A stretch of 20,000 nucleotides of DNA from Rhizaria sp. SCN 62-66 (lineage: Eukaryota): assembly GCA_001724265.1 (NCBI GenBank), contig MEDY01000233.1, positions 54,068 to 74,067 of the forward strand. The letters run 5' to 3'. The notes under the pieces were generated by a model that saw nothing but the letters and a program-made list of their open reading frames with translations, was not told the DNA's origin and made no database searches. The translations under genes and the position numbers were made by a program. Below, one piece after another: positions 10,901-20,000 of this stretch. Within the stretch, counting starts at the first letter, position 1, and every line of letters begins with the position of its first letter.

Positions 10901-13900
10901 TGTGCGCGTTGCGGACGATGACTTACCTGCAGGCATCGCAAGCGTCTCCATATCAAATAGCGCGCTCTGCTAACTTCCATAGTTTGCATTTGTAGATGCT
11001 CTGGACATGGTGGGCTGCTCGGGTTGCACAAATGCGTTGGATTCTGAGACTTGAGTCGTGGTGCCAGTATAGAAAGGAATCAATGACCCAATGTGCTCAA
11101 AGCTCGCAAGAAATTCATCAAGCTTGCCGTCAAGAATCTCGTATAGCAGCGTGACAGCAATCGCAAATTGAACACGAGCGCCAAGCTCGCTGGCGGAGGC
11201 TGTTAGCAACAAGAAAGACTGAATAATGTCAGGCGCGCGTTGACTTGCAACAGCAACGCGGGTCTTGGCAAGTAAGGTCTGTAGTCGTTCCTGTTTCAAC
11301 GTGCGTAATGCTGCTGCCTGCTGCTCCTCAGTGCCCGTGGAGTCTACAGTATCAGCGGATGCGGCAGGTAAAGTAAACGTGGTCCATGTGCATACTCCAG
11401 TTGCGTCAACAACTTCCACTAAAATCTGTGCCGCATTAGGATAGAAGGGGAACGAAGCTGTTGGGTCTGCATGAGTTACCTGCAGAAGCATCTTGGGCTG
11501 CCGGCTCACCGCTACTGGGTCAAGCCCAGTCGCAGACAGTACAGTGCTATCAGTCGATTGCGGCATGGACAAGTACCAACGATATTTCAAGGGCAACACG
11601 GTCTCCGCTGTCGTGAAGCCATAACAACGCACATAATATTCCGTTTGGCTCACAGGAATCGAAGAGTCGACCTGGCAGCGGCCAGATGTCGCCTTCGGCG
11701 CAGTTACGATCGTCACAATCGCAGATTCGAGCGCGCCAGGTAAGATTGCGCCCGGAATACGCTTGCTGTTTGCCGCAGTCAAAGCAGCATCAGACGGTCG
11801 TGACTGAGGGTACGCAGAGTCCGCCGCGAAAATGTGCACGCGGAAAGTGTATGTTGTGTCAGGACTTAGCGCGGTCGCGTTGATCACTAGCGTCGTCAGT
11901 GAACGTTTGCCAATAGTCACGTATGGCCACGTGAGATTGAGCTGGCCGGACTCGCACGTCCACAACACGGCGTATCTGCTGTCCTTAGCCGCAACATGCG
12001 CACTCAACTGCAAATTATCCGAAGATGAAAACACGCCTGTCGCGTACTGCGGGTGCGGCACTGCGACAGCGTTCACGTAGTATCCGTAGCCACGCTTGAA
12101 CGTCCCGCCAAGCACTGCAGTAGACACACGCGTTGAGTCAGACGAGGAGTAAGTGGAAGCAGCAAAGTAAATTGACACCCTCGCGTCAGGCTGTTGGCCA
12201 ACGCTTGAGGCACGTTCGGCCTCAGTCTCTACAAGAGTCGCCATGACTTCCGGTGGAAGAGTTAGGATAGACTGCGTAGTCTTGAGCAAATTCGCACCTA
12301 CGCTGCCAGCCGCAAAGCACGAGGCAAAAGTGTTCTGAAGCACTGTCAAGTTGGCAGTGAGTTGTAGCTGCGATAAGGAGGAGTTGGTCGCGAGATCGGT
12401 GGACGTGAGTTTCGAGCGCAAGGTCGCGTTCAAATGAACAAACGTATTGACAAAACTAGGTGAGTGATAACGGCGGAAACACGACCAGCCGTAAAGCAGC
12501 GTATTGGGATTTGTCGTCTCGAGGTCTGGATCACTTGAACCGTCAGCATAAAGAGTCAACTTCTCGTTCGGAAACTGCAAAACACCAGCGTATCCAGTAC
12601 TGTCTCGCGGACGCCCCGACTCTGCAGTCGCAATTTTTTGGTGCTGCCGTTGTCGTGAGGTTGCTGCATCAGACGCTGAGGTGACATACTGAGGAAGAAT
12701 GTTCGAGTCTAATTCGCTGCTCGGGTTCGGCTCATAGACGTAAGTGAATGAGGACTCAAACACTCGCACTGATGGTGACGAGACTGTGCTAACCGCTAAA
12801 ATAGAATTCCTCGTCGGCAAAAAACGCTGCTGCGCAAACGGGTGCAGTGAAAGGCGAACAACAAGAGGCATGCTTTTGACGGTCAGTTTAATCCGCTCGC
12901 AAACAGTCACAAACGTAGAGATCAAGTCTGGAACTCCCGCAGTAACGCAAAATCGAAACCGGTATGACGCGCCAGACGGCAACGTGAAGGGTGGGATGAC
13001 CAAAGTCGACTGGTTCAGCGTCGTGACTGTGGCCGCAAACAGAGCAGGGAGCGTCTCATTGGCGAGTGAACTCCACGAATACGAGATAAGTTGGAGACCT
13101 GACGCCACAGAGCAAGATGACAAGGTCACACGGGGCGTTACTGTAATCGCATCAGCAGCCGCAAAAGTATTGCTGCGGCCAAAGGGGAACGAGATAAGAG
13201 GGCCGTCTGTGCTAAGGCGTGTTATGTTCACAGTGGCGGTGAATTCGGAGCCTAGCCAATTGGTGGCACGGACTGAAAATGTTGCTGTCGTATCAACGTG
13301 GAAGAATGTGTCAAGCTCAGTTGCGTTGAAGCTAATTGAAAACGTGGGAGCAGGGCTTGTGAGAGCAGAAAACGGCGTATTGATGTTTGTCGGTGCCATA
13401 CGGTTAAGGACAATTTTGAACGCGCTAATAGCAGCGCTATTTGAACCATTGCTTACGAGCTCAAAAGCCATCGACGGCATCATGCCGGCATGGCCAATAA
13501 TAGAGCGCACGAGCAATGTCAATGGTGAGCAGTTACCGATTGTTGACGGCGCTGAAAGATCAACAAAGAGCTTCGGCAAAACCGCCGGTGCATGCACTGA
13601 GACTGAAACCTGGGGCATGTACAGAACGAACGCGTCGTCTATCTTGTTGTAGAATGCCGAACTTGTGGCACTCACCGCAGGCTTGATAACGCTGCCCTGC
13701 AGCGTGATCGTTGAAGCTGGCCGCAGACTAAAACCGTAGCCAAGACGAATGCGTAGAACAGACGGGGTGCGCCAGATGCAGCCAGCGGTCTCGGTGTCGC
13801 CCAACATGTCCAGCGTTGTGTTCGCGAGCAAATAGGTACATGTGCGGAACGAACCACCGGTGTCGCGCACAGAGACGCCGTCACTGCCAGTGTAAGTCGG

Positions 13901-16900
13901 CACGGGCTGCATGGTTGGATACGAGAACAAGACGTCGACAAAAGTCCCACCAGTATCAAAACGGGCGTCCGTCACGTTGCTCATTGGGATACACATGATA
14001 TCCTCAGACCAAGTGCCATCCCATGTCACGCCGTCGCCTGAGGCAGCAGAGCTTGCAAGTGCGCGCGAGCAGAGAGTGTAAGAGGTCGGATAAAAGACAA
14101 AACCGCTCTTGCAAGTGATATAAGCCTGTGTTTCAAGAGGAAGGTCGTCAGGACTTTGTGTTGTTGTCGCAGAGCCAATGGTCATTTCAGCAACATCAGA
14201 GTCATCCCAGACTTCGCCGTCATCGCTGACATAAGCAGAACTGCTTGCGGCAGCACGTTGCTGCGAGGCGGCTCTCCCATCTCGGGTTGCAGTGGGCCTT
14301 GCGGGTGCAACAAAATAGCCTAAGGGATAAAGCTCTCCCATGTTACCACCACTACCACCATCGTTCTTCGCACCACCGCTCATTGTAGCCGGGTCTACAA
14401 CAAAGATAGTACTGTTCCACGAAACTGTGTAAGTAATCGAAAGCACACCAAGACGAACACGCATGGGGAGACACACAGGCTTTGATACGCAACTTGGAAC
14501 CTGAGGAGCCCAAGACCCGTCGGCTTGGCAGTAACGGTACATGGCTTCTGCGTTATAGCTGTAGCCAGCAAACTCATAAGAAAAAGAACACCTGTACTTG
14601 ATACGTGTGCCTTCCTCAAGTGTGTGCGTGTTGTAGGATGTGAGTGTACTGGGAATCGACTGAAAGAATGGGATTGCGGGTGCACACACCCTGTTGGGGT
14701 CGGGCTCGCACACTGGCGGCTCTGGTTGCCACTTACCCTCTTCACTGCATGTGATCTTGATGTAGTAATCCTCAGAGTCCTTGATGCGATATCCAGGGTT
14801 GCACACTCGGTAACGAGACCGACCAGGAAAATAGTCAGTGGTAGAATACGAAGATTCGGCTCCGTAGTAGTCACCATCAAAGTAATCACCAAACTGCACA
14901 GACTTGTACACAGACCCGTTCTAACTATTGTACGGAGTACTGCACTCTTTGATGCATAACATCAACGCGTTAGTCGGAGACCAATACGCCATGGACGTTG
15001 TGTTAAAAGTAGAATCAAGAAGGGCTTGTGACTGTGCTGCAGACCGAGATTGAGCAGCACCTGTGCGAAGGGCTTGTTGCCGCTTCCCAGAAACTGTTTC
15101 AAGAGCAGTAGTCTCGTCATATGCACTCAAGGATTGGTAATATTGTGCATCCTTAACTGTTGCAGCAGCGGAATCGTTAAGAGTACAGACAAAGCGAGCG
15201 CGGACAGCGCTATTATCATCAATAACAAGAATGGCTGCGCGTGTGATGCGGCTATCTTCACTCTCGATAACATCAAGTGGTGAGACCAGCAATGCCTTGG
15301 CAGAGTTCATTGGACATAAAAGCGTCATATCTGTGCTTATATCATATAACACGTCTTCTGGGACAGACTTTGAATCCAGTAGTGTCCGCGGCTCAACAAA
15401 AGTGATAACATCGTTAAACTCATCGATAGTAACAGAACCCACAGTGACGACAGTGGCAAACGTCCTAAATCTGCTGCGAGTCGCAGCAACGCGCGGCACG
15501 GAAATAGAAGCACCAGACGTAGAACCACTTGCCATCATCTTCGGTAAAGACGGAGCCCAAAATGAAGCTGCGTTGAACATCTCTGTGTTCTGGTAGTGGA
15601 TATTATTCTCAATCACGCGCGCTGCAACCTCGTCAAAAGAGTCAGTTGAGGAAGAAATATCTGTTGGCTGAATGGGCACCATTGGATACGCCGGAAACGC
15701 CCCACATCCCACCTTTGTGCACTCAAGCCCAGAGCGCTGCACCCAGCCACGGGCGTACACACACTCATACTTGCCAAGAAGATCGGAAGAGCCCGGCTGT
15801 ACAGCGCCTGTTAACGAGTTCACTTTCATTTTTGGAACATAGCACTTTGTGTAGGCAAGCTTCCCTGGACTATCAGGTGACCTATTCTCGTCGTATGGAA
15901 TGCCCGTTGCAGGGTCAGGTGCATACTTCTGCCCAATAGGAGCAAGAAAAGTGTAACACACGTATGGCTGACAAGTTGCAGAGCTTGACGACCATAGCCC
16001 CGTAGATAAGCACTCCATCGTAACATCTTCGATGTACCTTAACACAAAACTGGCCGGGCATGAAAATATCACAGTCGTGCCAACAGTATAGCCAGAACCA
16101 TACGTGTCGCTGACTAGCGTCCCTCTGCGCACAGAGAAGCTTGGCAACGGAGACGTGGTTGTGCCATTGACACCCTTTAGTGGATCGGGGCACTGTACTG
16201 GAACACAGGGCGTCTCCGTCGACCAGCCGTTGGGCCCGCAGACAATGTTCTCAACCGGCACGTAGCGCGCGGAAACGCATGTCGGATAAGCTCGCACAGT
16301 CTCAAGAGTGAGCTGAGTTGCACCTGTGAGAGATGAGTAGGAGATCGATGCGACTGGGAAAACTACTGGCAGAAGACCGCAATTGTAGCGAGGCACGCAG
16401 TTGACAGAAGAAACATTCCATTGATAATCCACTAAGAGCGACGCTGCAGCATATGCGATCGAGCGCAATGCAATTGGCGCAAGAGAAAGACTTGCTGCAG
16501 AATCAAATGCGTTCGTGCTCGAGCGCTCGTCGTCCAAAGGAGTAAGATTATCGAGAGCAGCGTCCATAGAAGAATCTATACCTGTACATAAGAGCGCTGT
16601 TGTTGCTGAAGCCTTGAGCGATTGTGACGAGCACATCGGCATTGCGTACGAGTCAGGAACGCGAGAGTCCGAGTACGAAACTGAGCCGCCAGAGATATCT
16701 GAAAATATCGGACATTGCGTTGTGGGCTCGCATTGGAGCACGGCTGCGTCTTCAATTGCCTGAGCAGTCATACGCACTGATGACACGACTGAAGAAGCCG
16801 TGACAACGGGCAAAGTGGCTGAGACCGAGGCGGTGCTGGGTGCATATGGAGCCCAACCCGCAGCAGTGCAGTTCAGCGTGCCTACAGTCCCCGAAACTGG

Positions 16901-19900
16901 TGAAAACCAAGTCCGACATCCCAGAGCAGCGAATGTGCCGATGGGGTGCAATTCGCGGTCTTCATCATACGTCGCTGTTGTCTCAATCTGTGTGCCAATG
17001 AAAGGAATAACGACTGGCAGTGGCGGGCAGTTCGCCGAGAACAGACAGACGTCAGTCATCGGAACTGTGACAGTTGCACCGGTGTCGCGCTGCCACACGC
17101 CTCTCTCACTGCATGTCAGAGTCTGTTGCGCAAGCGCGAATAAATCGGTAACGCTTGTGTTGGCGCGGCACGAGTATGTCGCACGAGCGCCGACAGGGTA
17201 TCCATTTGCGGGCTTGAACGAGTACGCAGCGCCATTCTCGCCTGGCGCGCTCACAGTCACTATCATCGTCTGGGGCGTCGCAGGCGGCACGTCGCAGAGA
17301 ACGCGCGAGCACGTTGGCGCCATGCCATACCACTTGCCATTCGAAGCGCATTCAACAGTGGTGATATTGGCCTTGTAGCCAGACGGACATGTGATATTGA
17401 GCACGGAACGGAAGGCCGGATACGCAACACCGGTCTGGAACGAGCCCACAGCGGCGGGAATGGCATTATCGATAGTACCACTTAGCAGACACAGCTCGCC
17501 AAGATCGCACTCAGTGTACGGAAAATCAAGCGGGTTAGATATCTCGGATGAGATCACATCGTCAGGATCTAACAAAGAGCCGGCGGGCAGCACATGGTGC
17601 GTCGCAACAACATCGCCAGCGGCATTGACTTCATATACAGTCTCAGTCACATGGGGGCACTGCACAGGGACACAGAGCGGGATGGCGCCATGCCACTGCG
17701 CGTCCGTCATGCACCGCAGCGTGCTCAGCGTGCCCGTGGGTGCCGTAGGGCAGACCTCAGGGTCGCTAGGCCCAGTCAGCGAGACTAAATGTGAGGGCTC
17801 GTAGCCGAGCGCACACGACAAATGCAATGCAGATGTGGCCTGAGGATACGCACGCGTTGTGTTTGTAGGGTCCGCCTGTTTCACAAGAACAAAGCGCGTC
17901 AGAAGCTCTGTGAGTAAGTCGGCGCACTGCGGAATAATACACTGAAAGGCGCTCTCCGCCAGCGGGCCTGACAGCACGAGCACGCCTGACAAAGGATCGC
18001 GCAAGCGCCAAACACCTATCTGTAACGTGGCGTTCAAATGCGATGTCTCTTCAATACACTCATATTGGCGTGAGTTATCGCTCAATGCGTCAACCGGAAT
18101 AGCACCATCCGTGGCAAGACATGAGACTGCAACTACGGTCATAATCTCTAGAGATCCATCCAAAGCAGCTGGTTTTGAGTAAGATATCTCGACGCCCGCA
18201 GTTGCAAGTGAGGCCTCTGTCGTGTTTGTGCCAAATAGTGATGCAGCGGAGAGACACCTGGGCGCAGCAGAGCAAACAGGTGCAGTGCCAGACCACGTAC
18301 CTGTGCTCATACACTGTCGCGACAGCGTTCCCTCAATAAGATGAGTGTTCTCCTTACATTCGTACGTTATGACTGAGTCAGCTAGTGGGTATGAAGCAGT
18401 GTTCGTGTCGCCATTGTGCGCAGAAAGCGTGTAGATAGCGTTTGCTACAGCGTCAGGAATCTCACAGGAAGCAAACGCCGCGGTCGCCGTCGGGACGCAG
18501 AGGCCCAGCACAAACCCAGCGTTGGTACTCACCCACTCCGCAACAACGCCGTTCTGAACACAGGTCCAGCTGATCTCATCATGCTCGCGACCCAGCGCAC
18601 GTGCAGCGCCCTCGCGACATTGCGCGCGTAGCACAGTTCCCAGCGGCATCCCTGTGGAAGAAGCCACCAGCATCGGGTTCGACCACCCACCGAGTGCGAC
18701 TTGACTCACGACGGCGGTGATGTATATAGAGCCGTTGAACGAAGGCTGAAGTGGGCACTCGGGGCGCACGCAAGAAAAGCTGCTCACACCGTCGGTATCG
18801 ACCCATTGAGGCGCTGCAGTGTGTGAAGCAGCAGCGCGCGCTTGACAAGTCGCGTGCAACTCAGCACCGTTCAAGGGCACATACCCGGAAGCACAAGTGT
18901 AGTGCACCTGCGCACCCAGAGGGTACGGGTAGGTGGGATTGACAATGGCACTGACAGCAATGGGCAGCTCAAGTACACTCGCTCTAATGATCACAGCGCT
19001 GCCAGTCGAAGCCGGAAGTGGGGGCACGCCGCAACCAGTGTAGTTGGCGGGTGGCGCAGTGCCGCAGGTCGGAAACACACCGGTCCATGCGCCTTGTGGA
19101 GAGCAGTAAATCGTGCTGGCGCGGAAACTAAGTGGATCATCCACACCGTCGGTTGATAACGCAGAGAATGAGCGCATGCGCAGCATCCTACGACTAATCG
19201 ATGTACTGCTCTGAGAAACATTGTCAGCAATCATCTCAGGAAGGCTTGCAACCTCCTGTGCTAAGTTCACACACGTCAGCGTCGCAGCAGAGCCAACCAA
19301 AGGGTAAGTGTGTGCGGCAATCTTCATCGGAGTCGACGTCACAAGATTGGCAAACTCAGAACCCATGTACAAACATGCAGTTTCTTGCACGCACGTCATG
19401 CAACGGAACTCAGGTGCGGACAGCGGGACCCCTCCAAGGCCAGTTGACAATCGTGCCGTTGTAGAATCATCGTTCCCAGACGCAAGCAAGGATGAGTTGG
19501 TCCAAACAGCGCCAGCGCCGCCAGAGCCTGCAGCTTCGCAGTGCATCCAGAGCGAGCGCGGCGAGCGCGGGCTCGGATACGTCTCTGCAGCACAGCCGAC
19601 TGCGATTGCGCTGCCGACAGAGACAGTGTCGCGATACTTGGTCGGCGCACTGGTCCAAGGCCGCGTGAACGCGCCATTGATGGCTGTGATTGTCATATTT
19701 GCCGCCAGGTCCGGGCGCGCACACTGCAGATCAAGGCACAGCGGCAGCGCGGTCACGTTGTACTTCCACAGACGCGTCTGTAAGTCGCACTCAACGCGAA
19801 CCCAGTCGAGGTCCGAGGGCCGCGACGGGTTGCGGCAGCGCACGTAGACCGACTGGCCAGGCGTGCCGCTAACCGCGCTGGCAGGCTTCATGGTCAAGTC

Positions 19901-19999
19901 AGAGTACGTCACGTTAGAAACAGGCGTAGCGAGCAACACGGCATGGTGCGCAGACATTATCGTGCTGAGCGCGGGACAGCGCGGCGCGACACAGCTGAA
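1997..19999 (-). CDS. Giant polycystin-1/REJ-like membrane receptor (Sushi/CCP array - REJ - GPS - 5 TM - low-complexity tail), 5'-truncated by the window, with 3 in-frame TAG codons
   Basis: The four track ORFs share one frame (all stop coordinates mod 3 = 2) and are joined across single TAGs: ...CSTPYNS*NGSVYK..., ...NANYGS*QSALFDME..., ...SQLES*PIVIRGF.... The frame is open upstream of ATG 19957 to the edge (FSCVAPRCPALSTIM, a Sushi-Sushi linker) and ends QPNQ-TAA. Domain order matches the PKD1/REJ family, recognised by motif rather than by search. Confidence 0.85.
3050..3186 (-). repeat. Coding CAA/CAG-rich poly-Gln tract
   Basis: (TGT/TGC)n on the plus strand, translating as QQQVILQQLDQLQQQKQQQQQQMYYHQQQQQLYQLQRVQQQQP. 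Confidence 0.85.
4280..4502 (-). other. Predicted TM4 and TM5
   Basis: FIWALLPTLVLQTTFVTFVIVVAILLALVFSV and WMWGLGALIGIVIEWFVATPLLLSTVAVFAGC. The second resembles the PKD1-family TM5 pattern W........P. Confidence 0.7.
6200..6246 (-). repeat. Coding poly-Gln tract
   Basis: (CTG)n on the plus strand, translating as QQQQQQQQKQQQRQQ. Confidence 0.85.
6368..6463 (-). repeat. Coding poly-Ser tract
   Basis: (GAG)n/(GAT)n/(GAC)n on the plus strand, encoding a run of about 20 Ser followed by KSSSTSSYFSSSGS. Confidence 0.85.
7310..7560 (-). other. PKD1-like H..S.....S....RR motif plus predicted TM2 and TM3
   Basis: RRRHVAYSLWRRSPVSRISFARRFVIILATTVGALAYAACVLLFLF...IMRIFVAAAIISLFVSLLSQILLCVLR resembles the PKD1-family 'H.W.S......S.FTR.QR' segment preceding TM2. 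Confidence 0.7.
8060..8215 (-). repeat. Coding Gln-rich tract
   Basis: QEQQAFQQQQQHQQVQLQQQ...KQQLQHAEQQQHTQQQN. Confidence 0.8.
8870..8941 (-). other. Predicted TM1
   Basis: FAPIIVIGAVVLICLLLVFMASYF follows the GPS motif and is followed by D, as in PKD1-family TM1. Confidence 0.8.
9020..9202 (-). other. GPS motif (C-terminal part of GAIN domain), degenerate cleavage site
   Basis: CVSRPSDW...QDWDLTSCTVAKHVSATRTVCACTRLGLYAAV matches the C..W...W...C......C.C.HL(T/S).FA consensus, lies about 25 aa before TM1, and has RLG in place of HL(T/S). Confidence 0.75.
11360..13975 (-). other. REJ / PKD-REJ-like beta-sandwich region
   Basis: Motifs typical of REJ modules: FSVRATNWLG, YSWS, LVIPPFTLPSGASYRFRFCV, LTLYADGSSDPD..LLYGWSC, WTC, LVINATALSPDTTYTFRV, P..GRCQV, PLKYRW, VEVVDATG. 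These are preceded by an ARFD..G..V.V.F...C...LG...C.W...LRIRLG module that I associate with protist REJ proteins. Confidence 0.75.
13988..19999 (-). other. Tandem array of about 19 Sushi/CCP/SCR domains, many with large insertions
   Basis: Repeated C..P...G....(Y/F).C..GY.....C...G.W....P.C pattern, e.g. ITYECKENTHLIEGTLSRQCMSTGTWSGTAPVC, NITCPSGYKANITTVECASNGKWYGMAPTC, RVCNPGYRI..ITCSEEGKWQPEPPVC, IKYRCSFSY..RYCQADGSWAPQVPSC. The count was made by eye. Confidence 0.85.
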
Positions 20000-20000
20000 C

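Noticed and set aside
10921-10930. Perfect splice-donor-like CAG|GTAAGT on the minus strand near TAG2
   Set aside because: It lies downstream of the TAG, so it could not remove it as a donor. The frame stays open through it, and one chance match in 18 kb is plausible.
10940-10972. Shared downstream readthrough element (hairpin, PYLIS/SECIS-like, or CARYYA) after the TAGs
   Set aside because: Only a short palindrome (AGCGCGCT) follows TAG2. I see no motif or stem common to the three sites. Pyrrolysine is not known in eukaryotes and selenocysteine uses UGA.
2718-14925. TAGs hidden in short 3n introns (GTCTTAG...ATTAG 2738-2718, 21 nt; GTTAGC...CCTGCAG 10974-10927, 48 nt; GTTAGA... from 14925)
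   Set aside because: Disfavoured but not excluded. It would require every intron in 18 kb to be 3n with TAG as its only stop, and there is no AT shift. At TAG1 the first frame-preserving acceptor is a poor GAG (14860) and splicing would delete the Sushi NG motif. RNA-seq would settle it.
2049-19872. Numerous plus-strand and alternate-frame ORFs (e.g. 12744-13652, 4053-4856, 3300-4040)
   Set aside because: These are shadow ORFs of a GC-rich coding strand, with no recognisable domains.
1997-19957. Four separate genes in an operon-like array, as in the ORF track
   Set aside because: All four share one frame with gaps of only 6-18 nt. Two of the starts are GTG, none of the downstream ORFs has a signal peptide, and one break splits a Sushi domain. 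The content is eukaryotic.
1997-19999. Pseudogene with three nonsense mutations, or sequencing errors
   Set aside because: There are no frameshifts despite many microsatellites, all three stops are the same codon in a similar 5' context, and Cys/Trp patterns are intact. Less parsimonious, though formally possible.

Overview
Eukaryotic (probably protist) genomic DNA with two convergent genes separated by about 1.25 kb of AT-rich sequence. The four big minus-strand ORFs in the track (14921-19957, 10970-14911, 2732-10951, 1997-2725) are all in the same frame. Each is separated from the next by a single in-frame TAG (14921-14923, 10970-10972, 2732-2734). Read through these TAGs, they form one apparently intronless frame from the window edge (19999) to a TAA at 1997-1999, about 6000 codons with no internal TAA or TGA. 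The product is a giant polycystin-1/REJ-like receptor: about 19 Sushi/CCP repeats, a REJ region, a degenerate GPS motif, five predicted TM helices and long low-complexity loops and tail. One TAG sits inside a Sushi domain, while the two apparent true gene ends use TAA and TGA and are followed by U-rich UTR-like sequence. The main finding is that UAG appears to be a sense codon here, uncoupled from UAA, through code reassignment, programmed readthrough or editing. All three TAGs follow a Ser codon ending in T. The plus-strand gene (2-745, 5'-truncated) encodes an unidentified acidic, Ser-rich C-terminus.
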